Assembly: GCF_032191835.1 (NCBI RefSeq)
Contig: NC_083242.1
Location: forward strand, 38,626,001 to 38,690,000
Length of the DNA stretch: 64,000 bases
From: Heteronotia binoei
Taxonomy: Eukaryota
Direction: 5' to 3'
This document shows positions 1-19,400 of this stretch, in pieces. Within the stretch, counting starts at the first letter, position 1; the number at the start of each line of letters is the position of its first letter. Under the pieces are notes generated by a model. It was given only the letters and a program-made list of their open reading frames with translations. It did not search any database and was not told the origin of the DNA. Made by a program: the position numbers and the translations under genes.

Positions 1-778
1 CTGAGTCCCCCCTCCCCCCAGGAAAACCTCCTCCTCTGTCTTGGGTGGTGCCGAAGGCTTTGGGGGACAAAGAGGCTGATGGACATTGGAGGCTTCCTTC
101 CCCACCAACTCTGGGTCCTCCTCTCTGGACTCTTTCACGCTCACCTTGTGCTTGGATGCATCTCACATCCAATAAATTCCCTCAAGAGGAGTGGGGGACG
201 AGGCAGGGGTCTTTGGGGGGCCCCAGACACCATTCTGGTCCCCTCCCTCCCTGCACGAGGGCATCTAAGCCTCAGGTCTGGCTGGCTGTGATCCAGCAGA
301 CGTGCACCCGCTTCCCCAGGGCCAGTGCTGTGGCGTTATTGTATGCCATGGGGGTGGTGCTTTCTGGGGGTCCCTAGAGAAGCTGGACTGCACACAATTG
401 CCAGATGTGCAAAGCTTGAGGCCAAAACCCCCATCGTTGGAGCTGAGTGTTCCATGCCTGTGCTCTCCATATGCAATCATGGAGAAAGGCCCTGAACGGA
501 ACTAGACTGCAGGGGTCTGATGAAACAAGAAGTCACGGGGGGCGTAGCTAGGTGAGAATTCTGAACCCGCAGAAGCAAATTGGTGTAGGATTCATCCTGC
601 ATTTTTTAGTCCTTGGGTTAGACTTGGCTGAAGCACACCCAGCAAGTGGTGCAGCCACTAAATGCAGATCGCAGGCTGCTGGACTAGTGCTACTTCGACT
701 GTGTGGACGTACATCTACCTAGCACCAGACTAAGGCGCCTTGGGGTATTCCGATCAAGCTGTTCTCTCTTCTCCCCAG

Positions 779-1400
779 CAGCACAGGTGGGAATACCTAC
801 TTTGTTGGGCGGCCGTGGCGCATTGTGGATGGCAGCCTGAACCGGCCCGTGTGCAAGGGCATCATGGAAGGAGTGCTGTGTCACATCATGACCAAGCCCG
901 GCATCCCGGAATCAGCTCTGCGCCATCATTACCTGGGCGTCCTGCAGCCTGCAGCTCTTCTGGAGATCCTGCAGGTTGGTTTGGCCCCTGCGGCAAAAGG
1001 TGGATTCATCCCCCCAAAGGCAGAAGCAGGTGCCCAGTACACCTGGGCAGAGAGGAGAGGGGGCCCTCCTGCCCCACAGTGTGCCTCGTGAAAGGCCCCC
1101 GGTTAGGGTCCGCCCAGCAGGACAGCAATTGCACAAGGATTGTTTCTTGGACAGTAATTTTTATTTATTAAAAACTCTTATGACTGCTTTCTTCTGCAGG
1201 GCTTGGAAGCCCTGGGCTGCATCCAGAAGTTCTGCCTGAAGCAGCAAAAGGTGCCTTCCCTCTTCTCGCGGCCCGTGCTGGAGGAGGAAGTGGCTTGCTC
1301 CAAGCTGAGTGAGGCCCCCATGGCCTTCTACGAGCCGACCGTGGCCTGCACCCTGCAGATGGGCCGCGTGTTCCCCTACGAACGGAACTGGAGCAAGTGA
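779..1400 (+). CDS. GTF3C1: TFIIIC subunit 1 (TFIIIC220), last two coding exons; gene is partial
   Basis: Exons 779-974 and 1200-1400 (GT-AG). Translation [37 protein letters not shown]...LQ|[10 protein letters not shown]...[27 protein letters not shown] matches the recalled vertebrate GTF3C1 C-terminus. A phase-compatible donor at 551/552 suggests another exon upstream. Confidence 0.9.
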
Positions 1401-1415
1401 GTGTAGCAGGCTGTC

Positions 1416-1421
1416 AATAAA
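1416..1421 (+). terminator. Poly(A) signal of GTF3C1
   Basis: AATAAA 15 nt after the TGA at 1398-1400. Confidence 0.7.
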
Positions 1422-1481
1422 GTGACTTTAAAATGCAACTGTGTCTTCTCTGTCTCTGGGCAAAGGTGCAGCATGTGGGGC

Positions 1482-3962
1482 TCAGTCCCGCCAGCGGTGT
1501 CCGCACTGGGGGCTGCAGCACTTGTAGAAGGTGGTCATGGGCTCATCAGCAGAGCGCGTCTGCAGCTGCATGAAGTAGGCCCGTGGGTGCTCGCACCTGG
1601 GGCATGGCTCTGCAGGAGAGAAGGAAACAGTCACGTCCAGTGTTCCCTCTTAGCTGAGTTAGCAGGAGCTAGCTCACAGATTTTTATTCTCCAGCTCATA
1701 CCTTTTTGTCTTAGCTCAGGAACAGGAAGACTGCAGACTTATATCCCGCCCTTCTATGAATCACTCAGAGCGGCTTACAATCTCCTTCCCCCACAACATC
1801 CCCCATGGCTCTCATGAGGATGACCCCAGAGCAGTGATCCCTCTAAGCTGAGTTAGTGTGAGCTAGCTCACAATTTTTTAGCCACCAGCACATACATTTT
1901 TGTCTCAGCTCACGAAGAAATGGCCCTAGAGCACAACAGTTTATGCAGTAGGCAAATTCCTCACTCACAACTTTAATGCCAGTAACTCACAAAGTAGAGC
2001 AGGCATGGGGAACCTTTTTTCTGCCAAGGGCCATACAGATATTTACAACATCATTCACGGGCCATAAAAAACTGTCAGCTTAAAAAACACTGCTCCCCCA
2101 AGGGAGAATGATTCAGGCCAGCAAAATTAATGCAAATAATTGTTTTTCTATTTGAAGTCGTGGGGAGAGCTAATCTGGCACGTGCACACACATCCAGCCT
2201 GCCGCCCTAGGCAAATGCATAGGTCCAAGGCTTTTTTGTAGAAAAAGTCTAGCAGGAACAGCAGCATATTAGACCGCATCCCCTAATATTAGCATATCAG
2301 GCCACACCATCTGGGATAACAAGTGCCAACTTAACTGTGACAATAACTTTTCCAGGCCCTGCAGCAATTCTGGCCAGGCAGCCAGACCCCAGGGAGGCTG
2401 CTGCACAGTACATCTGGGCCCTGTGATCCCTGCCTGGCCTGGGGAGGCTGCTGCACAGTGTGATTGGGCCCCACGATCCTCGCTGGCCAGCCAGGCACTA
2501 GGGAGGCTGCTGCACAGTACATCTGGGCCCTGTGATCCCTATCTGGCTCTGGGGAGGCTGCTGCACAGAGCAGCTGGGCCCCACGATCCTCGCTGGCCAG
2601 CCAGGCCCCAGGGAGGCTGCCGCACAGTACATCTGGGCCCTGTGATCCCTGCCTGGCCTGGGGAGGCTGCTGCAAAGCGCGGCTGGGCCCCACGATCCTT
2701 GCTGGCCAGCCAGGCCCCAGGGAGGCTGCTGCACAGTACATCTGGGCCCCGTGATCCCTGCCTGGCCTGGGGAGGCTGCTGCACAGTGTGATTGGGCCCC
2801 ACGATCCTCGCTGGCCAGCCAGGCCCTAGGGAGGCTGCTGCACAGTACATCCGGGCCCCGTGACCCCTGCCTGGCCTGGGGAGGCTGCTGCACAGTGTGA
2901 TTGGGCCCCACGATCCTCGCTGGCCAGCCAGGCCCTAGGGAGGCTGCTGCACAGTACATCCGGGCCCCGTGATCCCTGCCTGGCCTGGGGAGGCTGCTGC
3001 ACAGTGTGATTGGGCCCCACGATCCTCGCTGGCCAGCCAGGCCCCAGGGAGGCTGCTGCACAGTACATCTGGGCCCCGTGATCCCTGTCTGGCCTGGGGA
3101 GGCTGCTGCACAGTACATCCGGGCCCCGTGATCCCTGCCTGGCCTGGGGAGGCTGCTGCACAGCGCGGCTGGGCCCCGTGATCCATGCCTGGCCTGGGGA
3201 GGCTGCTGCACAGTCTGATTGGGCCCCACGATTCTCGCTGGCCAGCCAGGCTCTAGGGAGGCTGCCGCACAGTACATCTGGGCCCTGCGATCCCTGCCTG
3301 GCCTGGGGAGGCTGCTGCACAGTACATCTGGGCCCTGCGATCCCTGCCTGGCCTGGGGAGGCTGCTGCACAGTGTGATTGGGCCCCACGATCCTCGCTGG
3401 CCAGCCAGGCCCCAGGGAGGCTACTGCACAGTACATCTGGGCCCTGTGATCCCTGCCTGGCCTGGGGAGGCTGCTGCAAAGCGCGGCTGGGCCCCACGAT
3501 CCTTGCTGGCCAGCCAGGCCCCAGGGAGGCTGCTGCACAGTACATCTGGGCCCCGTGATCCCTATCTGGCTCTGGGGAGGCTGCTGCACAGTACATCCGG
3601 GCCCCGTGATCCCTGCCTGGCCTGGGGAGGCTGCTGGTTCCGCCCAGCAATCCTGCCCTCGGACGGAGCTTCCCCTCCCGCCCTCTGACCTGCGGTGGAG
3701 TCCACGTTCTCCCAGGCGGCGGCGCCCCCCAGCACGTCGTCGACCTCCTTGAGCTTCGGGTAGCGCCTGCCGGTCACCTGCAAGGGGGGGGGGGGAGAGG
3801 GGTCAGTGGGGGCGGGGCCACGCAGTCCCTCCCGGGCGGGGCCACGCCCACCTTGCGCGTGACGTTGCGGACGTAGGGGCACGTGGTGCAGGCGAAGCGG
3901 TGGCATCGCGCGCCCTCCTCGGCCACCAGCACGTTCCCGCAGGCCGGGCAGAAGAGCAGCAT
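1482..3962 (-). CDS. POLR3K: RNA polymerase III subunit RPC10/C11, 108 aa
   Basis: Exons 3962-3852, 3777-3690, 1609-1482 (327 nt). MLLFCPACGN...VDSTAEPCPRCEHPRAYFMQLQTRSADEPMTTFYKCCSPQCGHRWRD*, with two Zn ribbons and the TFIIS-like QTRSADEP motif. Confidence 0.97.
1637..2000. mobile_element. Two partial MITE copies (CAGTGTTCCCTCTAAGCTG-type TIR) with a short SINE fragment between them (about 1723-1800)
   Basis: Termini at about 1638 and 1832 match the TIR of the complete elements at 29513-29664 and 33572-33765. The stretch 1723-1800 matches the SINE tail seen at 44348 and 52137. Confidence 0.55.
2392..3635. repeat. Tandem array of alternating 50/59-bp monomers (109-bp dimer) in POLR3K intron 2
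   Basis: GGGAGGCTGCTGCACAG recurs at 2392, 2442, 2501, 2552, 2611, 2661, 2720...3625; about 23 monomers. Confidence 0.95.
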
Positions 3963-4480
3963 GGCGGCGGCGGAGGAGGAGGAGGAGGAGCTGGCGCACG
4001 CCGAGGCGGTGGGGCTCTGGCAGGCCGGGCTGGCGCGCCTCGTCCGCGACCCGCTCCTCTGCGACCTGCCCGCCCAGGCAAGCGAGACGCCAGGGAGCGG
4101 AAGGGGCGGGGCGGGCGGCCATCCCTGGGCCAATCAGGGGCTCCTGCGCCACTTCCGCTTCCTCTCCCCGCTCAGGTGACCCCGGAAGAGATCGCCTCGC
4201 AGGTGGCGCTCGAGTACGGCCAGGCCATGACGGTGCGCGTGCGCAGAGCGGACGCCCCCCAGGAGCCCATGCGTGAGTGGCCGGCGCTGAGCATGCGCAG
4301 AGGGAGGGAGGGCGGGCCGGGGGCGTGGCGGCCGCGCTGAGACTCCTCCTCTCCTCTCCCCTCCCGTGCAGCGGTGGTGGTCGTGCAGCAGGCGACGGTG
4401 CTGGACCTGAAGAAGGCCGTGCAGCGGTTTGTGCAGCTCCGGCAGGAGAGGCAGGGCGGCGTCCGGCACCTCAGCTGGTG
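3690..4480. promoter_or_regulatory. CpG island, bidirectional POLR3K/SNRNP25 promoter
   Basis: Dense CpG; GC boxes at about 3809-3849 and 4102-4115; CCAAT 4130-4134; ETS-type ACTTCCG 4151-4157. Confidence 0.8.
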
Positions 4481-4785
4481 AGGACCCCCCCCCGAAGGGA
4501 GAGGGCCGGGTGCCAACCTCCAGGCGGGGCCGGGAGCCACCCCTCCCCCTAGGCTGACCCTCCCTCCCTCCCCCCCCCGCAGGAGGCACGTGTGGCGGAC
4601 CTACAGCCTGGCCTTTGGCAGCGAGAAGCTGGACGAGGACCACAAGAAGCTGCGGGAGTGAGTGGGGGGTACTTCTGGGGGGCGGGGTGGCTGTCTGGGC
4701 CCTGGCTGACGCCCGCTGTGCCACTTGCAGATACGGCATCCGGAACAGGGACGAGGTCAGCTTCGTGAAGAAACTCCGCAAGTGA
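3961..4785 (+). CDS. SNRNP25: U11/U12 snRNP 25 kDa protein, 149 aa
   Basis: Exons 3961-4077 (GC donor), 4176-4272, 4372-4477, 4583-4657, 4731-4785 (450 nt, phases consistent). DPLLCDLPAQVTPEEIASQVALEYGQAMTVRV...ATVLDLKKAV...YGIRNRDEVSFVKKLRK*. AATAAA at 5468-5473. The start codon is inferred. Confidence 0.93.
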
Positions 4786-6113
4786 GACCCGCCAGGTGAG
4801 ACCATTGACCCCCCCACCCCACCCCCTTGTCCTCTGCAGACTGTACTGGCTGGGGGGGCCAGGGCTGCCCGGGGGGCTCTTCTCCAGAGGGTGGCCCTTT
4901 CCTTCCACCTGATGTTGGGGGGGACCTTCCTCAGAAGAAGGCCCACCCCCCCCCCCAGTGCTGGGTTGCCTTCTGGCAGTTACAGAAAGTGTGAGGTTAC
5001 CTCCTTTGAGGCTCTCAGTGATGTCCTGCAGACTGTCTGTGTTGGGGGCAAAGGGATCCAACCAGTGGCACAAGAGTTTCCGCCAATATAAATCTCTCCT
5101 GCTACCTCAACAAGCCTCTCTTTGTTTCTCTACAGGTGCCAGGACACACTGGGAGCAGGGCTTAAGTATTCCCCTGCTCTACCCAGGGGCAGCTTTAAAT
5201 GGCATCCGTTCCTCACATTTCCTCTTTGAGCCCTGGGGATATTGCGAGGAAGGAAGACAGCCACCCTGGCGGCTGCTCAGCACAGAATCATTTGGGCGGC
5301 AGTCACAGCTGCAGGCCAGCAGCAGCAGAGTGATGGCTCTGGGAGAAATGAGGGCCCCCCCTCAGCTGCCACACAGGTCCATTTTTTGACAGCTCTTCCT
5401 GCCTGGAGGCTGGGAAGTGGCTGCTGCTGCACCAGCTGGACACACAAGCTGGTATTTCCATTTCATCAATAAAGCAGCAGCACAAGGGAAGTGCGCGTGT
5501 GTGGTGTTATCAGGTATTTGGGTTGGGAGCGTTTGGAGGAGAAGCTGTGGTGCTAGCAGCAGAATCCAGTCTGCAGTGAAGACCTCAAACATTTTGAAAG
5601 AGACAGGCAGTTGATGCTATAGCCCACCAAAAAGGCTCTTCCCAGCCCCAAACTCTGAAAATGCATTTCCAGCAGCAGGAGAAACGCTCTCACACCAAGC
5701 CATGTAGGCACAGTTTCCAAATCAAGTACACCTTACATTTAAAAATCTAGTTGTTATAATTAACTGACCTTTGTTTAGAACTTGGGGCTGTCTAGTGCTG
5801 GATTAAGGAGAGGTGTGCACACCTAAATTGGGACTTGTTTGTCAACAATGCGAACCAGCACAGAAACAGCATAGAAGTTTTAGAAATGTAGCTAAAACGC
5901 TACCTGTAATGTTTTAATTACCACCTGGGCAACACATTAAATCTTGTTAAAAAGGCCATTTGGAAACTAGCACAATAAAAACGGAAGGTTCAGAAAAAGG
6001 TCCTGCAAAATCGAACAAGGCACAGATGTCTTTCTGTATGCAGCACACAGTCCAGTCTTGACAGCTAAGGCAGCTTGGGAGGGGGGCTGGGAAGGGCCTT
6101 CTGCGGCAAAGGC

Positions 6114-16411
<10,298 letters not shown>

Positions 16412-17699
16412 CCTCCCACCTCAGCTGTCAGGCCTGCGGAAGGGCAGCGGGGTCAAGGGGGGCAGCTGGCTGGCGGAGGAGAGAGGGAGGGAGGGAGGGG
16501 CAGGCAGGGAAGAGCAGCAGCCCCAGGTGGGAGCAAGCCAAACCCCCCCCCCAGCCTCTTTGCCCAGCATCGAGGCGGCTCCTTCCCTGCTCTCTGACCC
16601 AGGCCCTGCCGCCCCCCCCCCCCTCCCAAGAGGACGGGCTCTCTGGCGAGGAACTCCCTGGCAACTGGCCTGTCCCGGGACAGTGAAGGCAGGAAGAGGG
16701 CTCGGCCCTGGCTCACCCTGCCCCACACACTAGCCCCAGCCTGCTGCTGAGGCTGGGGGGACCAGTCAAGGGACTAAGAGCTCAGCAAAGGCCAAGGCCC
16801 CACCTGGATGCTCTACCCCCCCCCCCCATTTCAAGCTCTGCTCCTCCTCCTCCCTAGTGGGGGAAACAGCCCCCTCCCTCACTGGTGGAGCAACAGTCCC
16901 AGGCACCAGCCCCCCTTCCCAGCCCCCTCCCCCTCTCTTCCCCTGCATTCCAGTCGGTCTGGGGAGGGGAAGGGAGGAAGCTTCTGCCCCACTGCTGGAC
17001 TTTGCCCCGTCAGGCAGCTCCGGCCAGGAGCCCAGAGAGAGGAGGCTGAGGCTGGCTGCCCATCAAACCGCCAGAGCCCAGGCAGAGAGAGCCTCTTCTG
17101 TAGCCCCCACACTCCCTTGGCTCCCTCCGTCTCTCCGCCGCCTCCCCTGCGGCCTGCCTGCACTTCCCTCCCTGCAACAGGCTTCCCGCGCACAAAGGGT
17201 GTCCCCTGAGGCGGGGTCCTGCAGACAAGCCCCTTCCCTGACCCCCCCCCCAACTCGCTCTGGCTTCTTCCCAGGAAAGCTGGAGGGAGCCCTCTGGGGG
17301 CCGGGCCTGAGAGCTGGCCACTGGGCAGCCTGGCATAAGGATGCCCCCCTGCCCCGCCCCTTTCGGTGCCCAGGCTGCCTGGCATAGGGAGGAGAAGGAG
17401 CCAGCCAGAGGCCACAAGCCCGCCCCCTGCCCAAGCCCCACAAGGCAGCCCTTGCAGACCAGCAGCTCCGGACATGCCCCGACTGGGAGGGAAGGAAGGA
17501 AGGGGGCGGGGAGGGGGCGCAGTGCAGGATCAGGCCCAGGTGCCTTGTCTCCCCACAAGAGGAGGCTGCACCCGCCCAGCAGCTGCTGCTGCTGCCTTCC
17601 CCTGGAACCAGAAAAGCCAGTTCCGTGTTCAGGAGTTCCCACGGGATGGGACATCCCCGGACAGAGGCCAGCTGGGCCTTGGCCTGGGGTTGAGGGGCG

Positions 17700-19400
17700 G
17701 AGGCCGCCGGGAAGGCAGCGAGGTCAGAGCCGAGGGCAGGGCCCGCTCCCCGGGAAGGGGCACAAGCAGCACTCCGCTGCTTCCTCCTCCTCCTCCTCCG
17801 CGAAAGAGGTCAGGGCCCCGGAGCGGAAGTGGCCGTGGGAAAAGGCCCTGCCGGAGCCACCGTGGGAGGGAAGGGGTCCCCCCCGCCCCAGGCTGCCCCA
17901 CAGAGGAGGAGGCCTCTGCCGCTCCCGGGGGCTGCATTTCAGGGCCGCCCCAGCCCCCTCCGCCCAGAGCCTGCCTCGGGACACTGAAGAGCGGCTGCCA
18001 ATCCCCTCCCCCTCCCTGCGAGAGCTCGGAGAGGACCGGGACTGCCCCGGGGTGGAGGAGGAGGGGGGACCAAGGCCGCCTCTCCCAGGCCGGCGCCCGC
18101 GCCCTCCGTCCCCCCACTGCCCCCCAGGGGCGTGCCCCGAAGATTGGGGGGCCGGGCGGGGGGAAGGGGGGGCGGCGTCGAGAAGGCTGCCGGGAGCCCC
18201 TCCCCTCCCCTCCCCCCGCAGGAAGGAAGCCGCCGGATTGGCTGCGCCGCCCCCCCCCCCCGAAGCTGCGCGCCCGGCGAGGGAGGGAGGGGGAGGGGCT
18301 GCGGGAGCGCCCCCTCCCCCCGAGGGCCGCCCTCCCCCCCCCGGGCTGGCTGGCGGGGGGGGGCGGACTGACCTCCGCGGGGGGGCGGCGGGGCGGCCAT
18401 GCAGCGGCAGCAGGAGCCGGCGCGGCGGTGGCGGGAGCAGGAGGCCGTCGGTCTGCCGTCCGTCCGGGCCCGGCCTGGAGGAGAGCGAAGGGCGGCCCGG
18501 CGCGGGAAGCGGGCGGGCGGGCCGGCCTGGCGCTGACTCAGGCCCCAGGAATGCGCCCGCGACGGAGGGACGGCTGGGAGGCAGGAAGGAAGGCGGGCAG
18601 GCCGAGAGAGGCCCGCAGGCGGCCCGCCCGGCGCACTCACCTCCGCGGCGCCCCGCCGGACGGGACGGGACGGGCCGGGCCTCCAGCAGGAGCCGAGCGG
18701 GGCCTCCTCGGGCGCGGCGTCGGCCAGCCGGGAGGGGCCCGGCGGGGCCAGCCGCCAAGGGGCGGCCCTGCTGCAGCCCAGGCCTCCGCGGCGCCCCTGC
18801 CCAGCCCGGGGGGAGGGAGGGAGGGAGGGAGGGAGGGGGCGGCCCCGGGGCCGGCCTCCCCTCCCGTCTGCGCCAGCCAGCCTCCTCCTCCTGCCGCCCC
18901 CCTCCGGCGACGGCGCTTCTGGGCCAAGGCCGCGGGCAGCTGCCCAGCAACTCCTCCTCGCCCCCCCCCGACGGGGCAGCTCTTGCACCCGGCCGGGCCC
19001 GCCTCCTGCCGCCCCAACCCCAGCCCCCCCCCCGCCTGCAATGGGGCGAGCCCAGGCGCCCCCTCCCCGGCAGGCAGCTAGTCCCCCCAGCCGCCAGACT
19101 TGCCTGCTGCAGCGGGGGCTCGTGGCCGCCTCCCCTCCCGGGCCCCGCCGCCGCCGCTCCTCCATGCCCGGGGTGGGGGGGGGGAGGTTTCCGGCGCTCC
19201 CGCCCCGGCCAGGCCTGGGAAAAGCCCCGGCTGCTCTGCCGCAGCCCCCAATGCTGCCGTCATCGACGGGGCGGGTGGAAGCCCAGGAAGGGAAAGGCCC
19301 GGCTGGCTTGAATGTGCCTTTGTGGCCCGGCCTGGCACCCGCAGAGCACCTCTGCCAGCGAAAGAAAGCCGCCTTTGAGAGCCGCGGCGTCAGCTGCCCT
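17700..19400 (-). promoter_or_regulatory. CpG island with RHBDF1 promoter and probable non-coding exon 1
   Basis: Very CpG-dense; minus-strand donor GAG|GTGAGT at 18641/18640; acceptor of first coding exon at 16433. Boundaries approximate. Confidence 0.65.

Noticed and set aside
1394-1402. Donor-like AA|GTGAGT overlapping the GTF3C1 stop
   Set aside because: No downstream exon found and AATAAA follows within 20 nt, so TGA is taken as the real stop
2331-3688. Repetitive ORFs up to 363 aa in the POLR3K intron
   Set aside because: Translations of the 50/59-bp minisatellite
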